A DNA stretch of 64,000 bases. Source: Lytechinus pictus (Eukaryota). The notes under the pieces are model-generated. The model was not told where the DNA came from, made no database searches, and saw only the letters and a list, made by a program, of their open reading frames with translations. This document shows positions 1-14,100 of this stretch, in pieces. Both the position numbers and the translations under genes were made by a program. Location: assembly GCF_037042905.1 (NCBI RefSeq), contig NC_087251.1, positions 26,166,001 through 26,230,000 on the forward strand. The letters run 5' to 3'. Position 1 is the stretch's first letter. Each line of letters opens with the position of its first letter.

Positions 1-582
1 ATAATTAATGATCATGATCATCATCACCATCATCATCTCCACCATTATTTTTTACCAGCATCTTTTTAGGTCAGCGTAAATTTATTATGTTGCTTATATA
101 ACGTACCTTGAGTTGGTGTATGAACACATTCATCTATACACCTGCAATGTTGCCTCATTACCTCATAAACAAATAACAGGTGTGTTAACATTCTAGTGAA
201 TCTATAATGCCATTTAATAGCAGGCCATCAAACAGCTGTATAGTCTTTTAAATAAGTGAATTGCATAATGGAGATGACAAGGCCAATCTCTGTGACATTT
301 ATCATAATCATATACATTGCTTAATTTGTCATATGGTATGATTCCAAGGTCATAATTTTTCCCAGTTAAAACCCTAATTTGTATTGGCAAGTGTGACAAA
401 TAACAATTCATTGTTTTTATATGACATTTTATGAATTAGATTGCGTTTGTTAAATTTGATCTCGAGGATGGATGCATCCCTAGTAATAGGTCATTTCAAT
501 CGGCAATAATTTTGATCTTCATTTATTCTATTTTTATTACGTATTCAGCATTTATCATAGGCCTACAGTTATATGATTTTAG

Positions 583-1001
583 TTACATGTTCATAATTTT
601 CATTAAATTGTATTGTTGGAATGATGTTGATCAATGTTGGCCAATACAAATTAAGAAAAGAAATCTGTTATGAAATTGCAAAGAAAAGGATAAAAATTAA
701 AGGGTTTTCATTACCTTTTATTTGTTAGCACTTATACCACTTTCAAGTAAAGATGCTATCAGACAGTCTCAATGGTTTGAAGCACTAGCTATTACATGTT
801 CATAGTTTTCATTCAATCGTTATTTTGGATTGATGTTGATAAATGCTGGCCTATACAGATTCAGAATATAATTCTGTTATGAAATTACAAAGAAAAGGAT
901 GGAAATTAGCAGGTTTATCATTTTATCTGTTAGTACTCGTATGTCATTTTCAAGTGAAGAAGCTATTAGACAGTCTCAAATGGTTTAAATCACCAGCTAT
1001 T
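583..1001. repeat. Diverged tandem duplication, about 209-bp unit, 2 copies
   Basis: TTACATGTTCATA...CAGACAGTCTCAA...AGCTATT repeated. Confidence 0.8.
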
Positions 1002-1284
1002 GTCTCATTGTGTTTTTTTTTTCTTAAACTTTAATATAATGGAGACAGAAATCTTCCAGCCAATATTTTTTTAGTAAAAAAAAATGCTGCTCCATCTAAT
1101 ATTTCAAGCTTGGGCACGATCTTCGTAGAGCAGTTCACCTTATGCATTCTGTCTGTCTCACTGTTGCATGGGAAGACCCGAAGCTGCTGTATCTATTACA
1201 AGATAAGAGAAAGAAGAGAAAACATCATCTTTTCATATGATTTATTCAAAGACAATCATCATGATCAGCCATTATTTCTTCCAA

Positions 1285-1900
1285 ACAGCCCCTCTTCCTC
1301 ATTTCTTTTCTTATTTCCCCTCTCCTCGCTCTCCCTTTTCACCCTCTTTCTCTCCCTCTCTCTCCTGTTCATTTTTCTTTTCCTCTCCCTTTCTCTTTCT
1401 GCCTCTGTTTTCCTTTCTTTCTCTCATTCACCAGTTGCATTTATTCCCCTTTTTCTTGGCCCATTGATTCGCAATCTTGTTATTCTTGTTTTTTGTTTCT
1501 TGTCGTATTATTTCTTATTTTCAGCTATTGAATTTTTATATGATTATTTCTGTTTGCTGCCTCATTTGTACGTAATTATTCAGCCTAATTACACTTTCAT
1601 TTCTTCTCTTTCTTGATTTCATCTCTCTTCTGTCTAAAATTACTTATGGTATGCCAAAGTTATACTCTCATTCATTCTTCTTCCATCACCCATCCTCTAT
1701 TTTTCTATCTTTTTCTCTGTCCCTCTTCTCTCCTTTCTTTCTACATCTTCTCTCATTCTCTCACTATCTCCCCCCTTTCCCCTTTTCTCCTCCCTTTTTC
1801 ATTTCTTTCTCTTTTCCTGTATTCTTCATATCTATCACTTGTCTTTGCTCTGATTCCGTATTCAAAGTTGTCTCCCTCCCACTCTCTGTTATTCTCTCAC
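1285..1900. repeat. CT-rich low-complexity tract
   Basis: Pyrimidine-rich + strand; gives spurious Leu/Ser/Phe ORFs. Confidence 0.8.
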
Positions 1901-2669
1901 TAATGCACCTTCCTACGTGCAGCCACAGTTGAAATACTGATTATTCCCTTGTCGTCCTTGTACTAATAAGGCAAAATCAATATGTATGCATTAATCTCGG
2001 AAACTATAGTAGTCTAGATTGAAATTGAAATGTTCTGCTCTGAAAGCAGATGAAGACAAACTTTAAAAAAAACAAGCGTAATTGAAAATTCATGTATTCC
2101 GAATGGCCAGGAAGCATTTTTTTTTTCCATGCATGGTCTAAAATTACCTCTCATTATAATTGCATGAATTGCTTATAGGAATAACTGGCAGCGCTGTTGG
2201 TGCGTAACCTGAAGCTGGTCGAGGATATGATGTGATTAGAGAGGAGGATTATGCAACCATCCAGTGAATTATTCATGATCACATGACATTACAATGTTGA
2301 ATGATATGTTTAATGAGCAAAAGCATAGTGTACATGCTGTACACATCACGTATCATCAGCTATATCAGCTTATATTGAAATTCACAATGTAGCGGAAACA
2401 AGCCATTTTATCCTGTAGAAAACATAACCATTCTCAACCCAGGACATAAGTGGGTACCATTAGCATGATGCTGCGAGTATCAAATCGGTAGCCATCATGT
2501 AATTTTCAGTAATGTTGATTAATAACTTTTGCTGAAATTCAATTCTGTTCATTACACCAATATATCAAATATTGATTCTTTTGCAGCATGTTTGAATGAT
2601 ATGCATTTTTTGTGAACAAAGGATTATTTATGATAAACCTACATTGCCAGAGGCATAGAACTGAAAAGG

Positions 2670-4792
2670 CAGTGGCGTAACTACGGGGGGGGGGGGGGGG
2701 GGGTTGTGGGGGCACGTACCCCCCAATCGGCTGGCCAAAAAAAAAAATGGGGAAAAGGAGAAAAATACGGAGAAAAGAGAAACGTAGTGTGAAAGAAGAT
2801 ATTATTGTTCATTATAATGTTATATTATATTATAATTATAAGAAACATTTTTTTTCATAACTTTATGAAACGTACTTTGCTCAGGGCCTATGTCTTCATT
2901 GTTCCTGGTGCTCGCATTGTCTGTTTAACGAGATATAAAATCCTGTTGTACTAAAACCTCCCCTTTTCAAGTCAATATACACCAAATATATTTCCTCGCA
3001 CTTCGAGTTATTATTGTTTTATGTAGTGACATATGCTTTTTTTCATGACTACTTAAAGTGATTGCCCCATTTTAAGGTCTTAATATAAAACATTTCCTGT
3101 CCGTGATTTTGTTCGCCTTAGTGGATTGGTGAGATATGTCTGCTTTTCATGAATTCCTAAAATCAGTCCTTAAAATGTCCCTTTTTTCTGATCTGAATAT
3201 AAACAAATTTCAGCTCGCGCTTGCATCATTTGGTTAGTGAGATGCGTATGATAATCATGATTACAATGACTACAAAGAGTGCTTCATGTGTTTAGATGTA
3301 ATTCTAGCAAAATCAGCAAGCACTTGGCACTCGCATTATATGACTATGGTGAGATATGTATACTCTTAATGGATTTCTTAAAAAAATATTCTTTAAAATA
3401 TCCCTGTTTCGGGTCAATATATAAAAAATTTCAGCTTCTGCTTTGCGCTCGCATCATTTGGATAGTGAAATACGTATGGTCTTCGTGAATTCCCACAAAC
3501 CAGCCTTATAACCCTAAATAGACTGGGCTATTTCGACACCTAAGAAGACTGGGGGGGGGGGGGGGGCTGATTCAGCCCCCCCTTATGATCTCGGCCGTCG
3601 ATCGCGCGAAAATTGGCACGTGCGTTACCCATGGCATTATCTACAAAACTATAATATCAAATTCTGCGAAAAATCTCATTGCTCATTAATTATGCTAATT
3701 TATGCGTAAAATCATAAGATTGCTCTAATTAATAAAATAATGCCCCTAAAATGCTAATTTTTGTTTCACATACTCTAGATAGGCATCTGATCAATTTCAT
3801 TTTTCAAAAATTACAACATCACATTTATTTTCTTATGTATTCTATTGTTTTCTAAATTTCTTATGTATTTCTTTGTTTTTCGACTTTTTGTTTTTTATTG
3901 TTTTTTCAATGGAAATTGTCAGGGACTTTATTTTGACCATAAACAAGATAAAATAAATTGATTTTAAGCAGTACAAGGAAAAATAATGATATATTTATGA
4001 ATTTTGGCTAAAAACACTATTTGCATTGGATTTGTACACAAATTAACGTTTTTGAGTAATTTTGGGTCTGCATGCACTTACGAAATGTTGCGTAATTTCG
4101 GAACCGCGTACACGGGGGTCACAATTTTGGTCTCAAAAGTTGCGCGAGACTTGAAAGTAAAAAGTCAGCAAGCGACGCGGTCAAAAAAATTTGAGCGGCG
4201 GATTTATCGCGAAAAATGTCGAGGGGGGATTGAATCAGCCCCCCCCCCCCCCAGTCTTCTTAGGGTTAAAATGCACCTCTTCAGGTCTGAATTTCCTAAT
4301 TTTCAGCTCGCGCTTCGCGCTCGTAATATTTGATTAGTGAGATGCGTATGTTAATCATGATTACAATTGCTTCATGTGTTAAGATGTAATTCGAACAAAA
4401 TCAGCAAGCACTTGGCACTCGCATTAGATGACTATGGTGAGATATGTATACTCTTATTAGATTCCTAAAATATAGTCCTTGAAATAATTGTGGTCAATAT
4501 AATATACAAAAATTTCAGCTCGCATTGTTTGTTTACCGAGACAGATACGTATCATGATTACAAAAATGAGCTTAAAATGTCCCCTTTTTAGGTCTGAATA
4601 TCAAAAATTTTAAGCTCGCGCCTTGCGCTCGCATTATTTGATCAGTGAGATACATATTCGTTTAATGGCACTGTCCTTAAAATTTTTCTATTAGGTCAGT
4701 AATCCTGGCAACAGCACCATTCGTGCGCTCACAAAGTGACTCAAAATTTTTGCTGGTGCCCCCCCAATGCTGTGACCCACGGTACGCCACTG
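2670..4792. mobile_element. Non-autonomous hAT-like element with internal tandem repeats
   Basis: TIR CAGTGGCGTA...TACGCCACTG; perfect 8-bp TSD TGAAAAGG at 2662-2669 and 4793-4800. Confidence 0.88.
3512..4265 (+). mobile_element. piggyBac-like MITE (about 750 bp) nested in the hAT element
   Basis: CCCT...AGGG ends, TTAA on the right and ATAA on the left; inverted homologue at 13656-14407. Confidence 0.8.
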
Positions 4793-4994
4793 TGAAAAGG
4801 TATACATGTACTTGATTGATTCCAAGTATATGAATACTGTGTGAATTGCATACATTCTTGCAATACTTTTAGAGAGAAAAAAATCCATAAATATTACTGT
4901 TTTAATATCTTGGTCTGTCATTTTATTCATGCAATTATTCTATAAACATGACATACTAAGTTGTTGCTCTTTTTATTTGTATAATTTTTTTCAG

Positions 4995-5101
4995 TTTATT
5001 GCCCAGTGCTTACAAGGAACAAGGATAAGCATTGTCAAGACAACTGGTGCAGCTGATGTGGAGGCTACCATCCAATTCATTGTTCACAAAATACAAAAAT
5101 T
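4995..5101 (+). CDS. PACS: PACS exon (FIAQCLQG...IVHKIQK)
   Basis: ttttttcag acceptor, gtaagt donor, phase 0 to 2; joins F-CNQN of the next exon. Confidence 0.85.
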
Positions 5102-8100
5102 GTAAGTTTAATATTTAAACTTTTGTTTTAAGAAGTAGTTAAGACACCAAGACAGCTCTAAGGGCTTTAAGGCCATCGCACACCTTGATAATGATTGGTC
5201 TGTGACCCGATTTTGGAATAAATTGTTTGTACATCTGATTTGAATATTGGAACATGAAATATATTCTAATGTCAAAAGTCTGAATCACCATATAAATATT
5301 CAAATTCATGACTAATGCAATCATCCTTACAAGTAAATGCAATTGAATCTAATCAAAACGACATCATGGCAATTGTATGTTTGGCTGAGATTCAAAGCCA
5401 ATAAAGCTAATAAAGACTTCCAATCACCCCAAGTTTAATATTACCATTCCAGCCTCAAAATAGATATATTTGTTTACATTAGATTTTCAGATAAAATGTG
5501 TGGTTTGTTTCAATTTGGGATCATAGAATAGTCATAATGTCTTTGATGGTCTTTACTTATTGCCCCTAATTATTACCCATCAAGAGAATAATTGACTATA
5601 GAATGTTGTGGGTGGACCGGCCCAAATTGGCCGAACATTAAGAATCCCCCCCCCCCTCCCGCTAGCTGCAAATGCTGTAGCTGTTTTACTTTTCGATGGA
5701 ATATATGAATGGGGTCTGTAAATTTACCAGAATTTTGCTTCTTATTCAGCACCGACTCTTGTTGCTAGGATGAAATTGCACAAAACTTTATACTGCGATT
5801 TTTTTATTGTTATGCAGTTGACTTACTGACTGATGTACATATATGTCTCAAATAAAAAAAATGCAATATTGTAGCAATATTGTGATGTTGTGAAGCATAT
5901 ATAAATAGGGGCTTTGGAAGGTGCTTACCAATGTGTATACTGCTGTGTATTGGTAATATTACTGTAATATTGCAGTTTATACATGTATGACCAGGGGCCC
6001 GTAACACAAAGCTTAGCAATCATTGTAGAACATTTTTCTATGATTGATTGCATTGAGTACAATGTACAATCAATTGTTAAAATCAAGTGTACGATTAATG
6101 GCTAACCTTTGTGTTACGGGGCCCAGTTCTATTAATTCATGGTAATATTTGTTAAAGGGAATGCTTCGCTGTATACTTGTAGTGAAAAAGTAACAAATTG
6201 AATGGTTAACCAGTTCGATTTTACTTGCTATGCACCACATATTCATTATTGATCAATCATTCCCTGAGGTATGAAGTAAACTTTGTACTTGAACATTAAT
6301 GTGCTTGCCATTGAATCTATAATGAATTTATTATTCATAATTTGAAAAAATGCAGGATGACCTCTATGCACAATTTTCCCAATTATATTTCTTGATTTTA
6401 TAATTTCTTGCTCATATGCCAAGGTTGATTTTATTCACATTTGCAAGATTTAATTAATGTCAGAAGTCATACAAAAATGAGTCAAATTTACACATTGATA
6501 TAATTTTCTTTCCAAAGTAAAGCTTAAACCCTATGGTTTCAGATGTCTCATACTATACCTGTTTTATGAATATATGTTAAACCAATATCTAGATAAGTTG
6601 CAAATTGAAATTATGATGGTTTACTTTTACTAAGAATGTAATTGTCTCTTGAGATTGATGTCAAACTGAATTCTATTGTTTTACATGTCTCATACTCTCT
6701 TTCTTTCATTAGGAAGTCAATGACATGTTCCTAGTTGAGTTACAATTTATCCTTACTCGTACAAAGAAAATACTGTCTTTATGAAATTTAAATAGCTGAT
6801 CCCTATTTTGGAAAATGTTTAATGTCTTTTAAACCATATAGCAATTACCAATATCAAAGATTATTGCACTAAAACATTTGTTTATTTTCTATACAAAATC
6901 CATGATTTTGTGTTTGATCTTTTAAAGGACAAGTCCACCCCAACAAAAAATTGATTTGAAAAAAAGGAGAAAAATCCAACAAGCAAACTACTGAAAATTT
7001 CATCAAAATCGGATGTAAAATAAGAAAGTTATGACATTTGAAAGTTTTGCTTAATTTCACAAAACAGTTATATGCACATCCTGGTTCGTATGCAAATGAG
7101 GAGACTGATGACGTCATAATTTTCTCCTCATTGTCAAGTGAAACAGTGATTAATTCCTCCCTGAACATGTGGAATTAGCAGTGTTTAATACTATATGATC
7201 TAGTCAACTTGGTCCTTATTGTCAAATCTGTAAAAAATGAAATATTGTGTAATTCAAACAATAAAAAACAAAAGAAATAGTGAGTGATGGACATCATCGA
7301 CTGGCTCACTTGCATGATACTGAGTTGTGCATATCACTGTTTAGTGAAAAATAAGCGAAACTTTAAAATGTCATAACTTTCTTATTTTACATCCGATTTT
7401 GATAAAATTTTCAGCGTTAGGCTACTTTGATTTTTCTCTATTTATTCAAATCAACCTTTTTTTGGGGTGGACTTGACCTTTAAAGGACATTTTTATTTTT
7501 GCTTTGAGAATTTTGACAATTACAAAAAGGGATAAATGCTCATTGTTCATGATCATGGAATCTTTGTTATGCAATCTCAATAACCATGGTAACAATGCTC
7601 AGTAGCCAATCACAATCAAGTGTTCCATGGAAGTTACTATTGGACTCTTTTTTCTCCTTATTATCTTTAGTTGCAATCAGAATGCCAGAGTCTTGTCACC
7701 CATTAAGATCGGGGTCTGTGGAAGTGATGGCTTCATTGGCTCTGTCCTCAAACCCTACGTTGAGACGTTCTCAGCCAAATCATCAGAATGGCTCAACTAT
7801 GTCAAATTCTACATCGTCCCAACAGGTTGGTCATTGTATTAAAAAAGACAAAACATAGTCAGCTTTAATGCTAACGGTAGAATGGGTTTAGAAGAGGCAT
7901 GTAGTGTTGTACCTTTCTAACTGTCCTTCCATTCATCCGATCTTCCTTACAACAATGTTTATGTTTGTATATCCCATGTGATAATGTGAAAAATATTGGA
8001 CAGATTTGTCATAAATATTCATTTGGTCAAAAGTCACATGACAACATGAATAATGTTGGGCAGATATTCATTTATGGTGTTTAGATACATCACACTAAAA

Positions 8101-11100
8101 CAAGGGTCAAGTTAAAAAATCAAGGCTGAATTTCTCTCTATATATGCAAATGTGTTTCCATGTTGAAACATAGAAAAATGTTATGCACCAAAGAAGTAAA
8201 CAATGCTTCACTGATCACATTCAGTAGTGTATCTGTGTATATGTCTAGTTATATTTTGTTTAGTTGTTTACATGTCTAATGCAAGTTCATACTTGTACAA
8301 TAATGACAGATACAACAATGTCAAAGGTCACATTGTCTCACCTACTGGTTCATTATAACCGAAGCCCAGTTTCCCCAACAAAAGAACATAAACGCACGTT
8401 AATATTTCAGTTTCCTTTATCTAAATATCCCATTCCATATTGGAAAATTGGAAATAGTATGGTGTCTAACTGTTATCTTTACAGGTAACAACTCTGTGGC
8501 CAAATATTTGAGTTCTGTTGACACGAGGTACAGCTCATTATTCCAAGATTCCCTCTGGAAGGAAGTCTGGGAAAAATCAGACAAAGAGGCTGCAGGTAAG
8601 ACTATTCAAAGTATTCAAGATCGATGAGGAAAGGGTCATTGGCCTGTATTCTGAACTTGGGTTTGATTTAAACTTTGGTCTAAAGTTGTGGTTTAACTAT
8701 GGATAGCCAATTGTGACAGGTGTCTCTAGAATTACATGTTCATTTTTTCTCCGTTCATTTGCCACTTGAATCATTCATAAGTGACTGGGAATAAATACTG
8801 AAGTAATACTCTTTATCATTACAACATGGGGAAAGAGCCAAGTATGGTGCAATTTTGACATTTTTTTTGCATTTTTGGCTTTCCATAATTTGAACGCAGG
8901 TTTAGACCATGGCCGAAGATCAAACGGACTTCAGAATACGGGCAATTGAGTTAATGTTTTGTTTTAAGTTATAAACAAGTGTTTGAGTGTGTCTTCAATA
9001 ATAGTTTTCTATACCAGTTCTTATCTTAATTCCTAATTAGAATACACTCTTTCTCGGATTTCTTTCATTTTCTCTCTGTCAAATTATGTTTCTTGATGAT
9101 TCCCTACCTCTATCTCTCTCCTTTTTGTTGTTCTTGTTTTCTTACCTTTTTTTTTTGCTTCCTTTCCTTTTGCTTTTCACAACCGATTACTATTTCTATA
9201 CATGTATCATATCTTGCCATTCTTCTTCTATGTTCTTTTTTGCCAATTAACAGCCCAGTCTAACACCTTGTGTAATTCGTTTAAATCTGAGAAAGAAAAT
9301 TTCTTGGAATAGATGACAATGACTCATTGTGTAGAAGTAACTATCAATGAATCATTATGGAGCATTGCATAATCATTATGTAATCATTGCCCCTTTTTCA
9401 GCACCTGTTGCCTTTGTTAAAGTACTCTCTCATTTGACTTCAGAGAACGTTAGCATACAATTTAGAAAATAAATTAAAGATGAAATAGACATATGGATGA
9501 TGTTGTAAGTTATTCGAAACTCACTATTAGAAGCTAGAAATAAGAGGATCACATCTTCACAAAGAATCAACAGATAAAAAAAATTAAACAGTCACTCTGA
9601 TTATGTAAGATTGGATTATACTCCAGTATAATTTACATTTTTAGCCTTATTTAGATCTTAAGTTACAAAATTATATGACCAATATTTTTTTATGTTCTTT
9701 TTATATTGATTATTCAAATCTATATTTGTTTGAAAATGCAAACAGTCAGCCATTGATTATTCAGTTGCGGAAAAAGAGGTAGAGAAATTTCAAGGGACAA
9801 TCAAGTTTTTATGAAATGGAGGTACTTAAATGGTCACTAAAAATCTATTTCTAATTTTATTGATTCCCATTTTGTAGAACGTTCTATTCCAACAAATTCT
9901 TCATTTAATTGTGTTTTATGACAGCTGATAAGCGAGAAATAGCAAATCGTGTTGAGAAATATCTGTCTGGCGCCACCACGAGTCTTGGTCTGCCCATCGG
10001 AGAGGTGATGCTCACATGCAAGCAGAGGGGATCTGATGACGAATCTTGCCAGAAATTTGTTCCATTTATTAGTGTGAGTAGAAAATGCTCTTGCTGAACA
10101 AGAAAAGCATTCAAGGCACTGTCCGGAATTCTGAAGTCGGATTTAACTTAAACTCAGGTTTAAAGTTTTGGTTTAAGTATGGATAGCCAATTGTTACATA
10201 AAACACTAACAGTAGAGATATCATATTTCAGCTCATTTGGTTCTCAAATCATTCATAATTGTCTAGAAGTATGAATAGATGATTGTCTTCACCATCGATG
10301 AATCAGGAAAGAGCACAGTAAACATAAGAAACATACAACTTAATAAAACTTTTGACACTTTTGGCTTCCCATAATTTTAGCAAAGTGAAACCTGACTTCA
10401 GAATACAACCACTCTATTTTGCGATTTAATGGGGAGTAGATGACTGCAGACTCTCTGAAAAGCACTGGTATTACCTGTAATAACTGTACCGCCTGTTTTG
10501 TTTTGTAATTGCCGATAAATGAGCAAAATAAGAATGGCATCCCAGTCAGATGTCATGTCTTTTTCTAAGTAATAATGATACACTGTTCCCGCATGTGCCT
10601 GTGTGTGTTAGGAGATCTTCAGTGTGATCATTTTTCAGCTAAGATTTCAGGAATTGACAAAGTTAGGTTTATGTTGATGTACCAGATCTAGATTCTAAGA
10701 TGTAAATATAGTGACAAATGAACCTTGATTTTAAAGGCATTCTCTTTTTTTTTTTGCTGCTGCAGCTACATTCTCTTAAATTCATTATTGTCTATTTCTA
10801 TTTTCAGAATGTTTTAATCGGTCCTCCAAGTTCAGCATTAGGAGCAGTGGCCATTGCGGGTGAGAGCTAAATATCATCCAATACAAAAAAGAAATAATAA
10901 ATAGTATTGCCCTTTTTCTCCCATGGACACTTTTAGTTATAACATTGCACCCAATATACTTAACCACTTGGGCCCGAATCCAGGGATATCTTGGGTTATA
11001 GTAATGGGAAACGTACTGTAATCAAATTGAGTTAAAAAGGTTACTAGAATGTAGGTCCCCTACCACACAATAAACCACAAGGGTGAATATTATTGAAGTC

Positions 11101-14100
11101 CCCCACCACAATGAACAGTTGTCCCAGCCACATGTGGTGCCTTACAATTCATGACATAACAATACAAAGTGTTTAAGCTATCACACTTGCCAGTTTGGAA
11201 AACTGCCAACACTTTCACTTTTCTCAGATGAATGAAATAAATACACTTGTTATTTTCTAACCCCCCCCCCCCTTCCGGAAAAAGAAGGGTAGAGAGGCAA
11301 TTAAAAAAAATAACCTTATACGTCTGACCCCCTTTTTCCTCAATTCTTACTTCGCTTCTTATTGAAGCCATAATAATTTGAGAGCACTACAACTTTTCAT
11401 ATGAACTATAAATCAAATAACTTACAACCAAAACAATAATCAGTTCAGTTGACCATCTACACCCTATTAATTTGTTGTGACTCTCTTTTGTGTGTAATGT
11501 TGCAAATGAATAGTGCAAGCCATATGAAAGATTGTCAAGCCACAAACCACAATGTGCCAGAGTAGAATTCAGCACTTTTGCAGTCAAGAATCTTCAAAGC
11601 AGTATTAGTTTAAAGAAGAAAATAAATTGAGGGAGAATTAGTTGTGAATACTCTGAGCTTGAAAGACTTAGAGAGAAGGCAGGATGTTCTGTTGGCATTG
11701 TCTCAGGGCCTTCCGGAACTGTTACGTTTAATTAGCAGCTGTCACTTGTAAACTTAATCCTATTGATTAGTCAACAATAAAAGGTCTGGCACTTGTTTCC
11801 TACTGTTATAATAAGGGGGCTGTAACACAAAGCTTAGCAGTCGATTGTGTAGTATTAATTGCACAAAATATTGATGTAATCAATCATAAAAACCCGCCCT
11901 ACGATTGATAAATAACCTTTGTGTTATGGGGCCCAGAGGCCTGCAAAAAAAATTATTTCCTAGTATTATGGTAGAAAATCGTTTTTTTTTCTGTTTTTTT
12001 TTGGGGGGAATTGGATTTGATCACAAATATTTCTGCAATGGCCCCCACATTAGATGTTCATGTTGAATCTTATTACTTTAATGAGAATGATAACTACTTG
12101 CTCATATTTGATATAATGATTTCTACCATTATAATCATGTGTTATTATTATGTCAATTTGTATAAATACATTACTTATTTAAATTGTTTATAATGAATTT
12201 GATATTGAATTCTAGTTATACACAATTGTATCGGAAATTAATGAAAATTAAGGTCAATCTAATATTATAAATATAATAGCGCACGTATCCACCTTGGTAG
12301 GTGCTCAAGGCGCTTCTATTTTACCCCGGCTAAGCTAGTCTACCGATTCTGGTGTGCACAGCTTTTTGAGGAATTACTTCCTGCCGGTACCCATTTACCT
12401 CACCTGGGTCGAGTGCAGCACAGTGTGGATAAATTTCTTGCTGAAGGAAAACACGCCATGGCTAGGATTTGAACCCACGACCCTCTGTTTGAAAGGCGAG
12501 ATTCAAAACCACCTGACCACGACGCACCCACATTATCTTTCATGTTTATGATTAATACTTTTACAGAGAGTGAAGAGTATGCAATGGGAGGTAGTCTGCT
12601 CTCGTCAAGTCCACCCTCATCAGCCAAGGACAAGGTGGATGGGAGTACCCCACCCCCAAGCCCAGCTGTCAGTACTACCACCGTCCCACAGAGGTATGTA
12701 TAACAAGTGCCCCTCCCTCAAGCCTCGCTGTATAAGATTTTACCTTTCAGAGAGCTGTTCGAGGGAACAAAAAATTGTTTTTTCCGTTTTTCCTTTTTCC
12801 GTTTTACCACTTTCAGTTCGCATGGTTGAACTATTGGAACAGCTTAAATGCTCTCCCTCAAGTTCAACCTTAAAGTAGGCTCGGTTTCTGTGCTAAGGAT
12901 AGGATTTATTGTCTTTTTTATTATTCTGTCCAAGGAATACTGAGGACCCTTGTCCTGCACTTTATTTCAACTGCTTTTTTTAAATTTACTATCCATTATT
13001 ACCCATTCTTCACACTGTACATAAAACACTTATTTGTTTCATTTTCTTCTCATTCACCACTGCAATCCTGAAATATTTTATTATTCCCTCCCTCCTCTGT
13101 CCATCCTAGCAGCAGCAGCAGTACCTCTGTCACCCCTACCAGTCCTCCCACACCAAGCGGCAACAGTGAACTCCTGGACCTCCAGGTGGAGTACTGGCCC
13201 ATGTCGGGGAGCAAGAAGGATAAATCGTCCCTCAAGACCGCGTTCCGCTCCCTCACAGTCTACCGTTTACCGTCCACCAGTGAGGCTCCCGCGGCGACTG
13301 CTGCCCTCTCCATGGTTGTCGTCACCAAGGAAAAGAATAAGAAAAGTAGGTTTATATCTTTAGGTTATAGGCACATTGACCAGCCAGAATAGTATGGCAA
13401 ACTTCAGTGTAATGTCCATTTCATAATATGAATTTTTTTAAATCTCATCCACTGCCAAGCGCAAATTTGATGCCTTATTTGTTTTCAGCTGTAACTTTGT
13501 GTCTTGTTAGTGAAGTTTATCAGTAGGAGGATTGGATTTGCCTGAATACTAATAAAAGTCATGTTCATTTCTTTGTTTTTTTTTTCTTTTATCAGTGGTA
13601 ATGATGATAGAGAGAAAAATGCAGTCCCAAGAGCTAAACAGTAGGATTTGCTTAACCCTAAAAAGACTGGGGGGGGGGGGGCTGATTCAGCCCCCCCTCG
13701 ACATTTTTCGCGATAAATCTGTAACGCGAAAAGCTGGTGCCGCGCCGTTCCATGACTTTTTTCTTTCAAGTCTTGTGCAACTTTTGAGACCAAATTTGCG
13801 ACGCCCGGGTACGTGGTTCCAAAATTACACAACATTTTGTAAGTGCATGTCGACCCGAAATTGCTCAAAAACGTGAATTTGTGTACAAATCCAATGCAAA
13901 TTGTGTTTTTAGCCAAAATTCATAAATGTATCATTATTTTCAATTTTACTTATCAAACTCAATTAATTTCATCTTGTTTACGGACAGAATAAAGTAGCGG
14001 ACGATTTCCATTGAAAAAACAATAAAAAACAAAAAGTCGAAAAACAAAGAAATACATAAGAACTTTTAAAAACAATAAAATACATAAGAAAAGAATTGTG

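Noticed and set aside
1110..1932. Hydrophobic Leu/Ser/Phe-rich ORFs
   Set aside because: Translation of a CT-rich low-complexity tract inside a PACS intron.
4004..4333. ORF with a paralogue at 13485..13916(-)
   Set aside because: Both lie in copies of the same MITE, start at non-ATG codons and show no transposase motifs.
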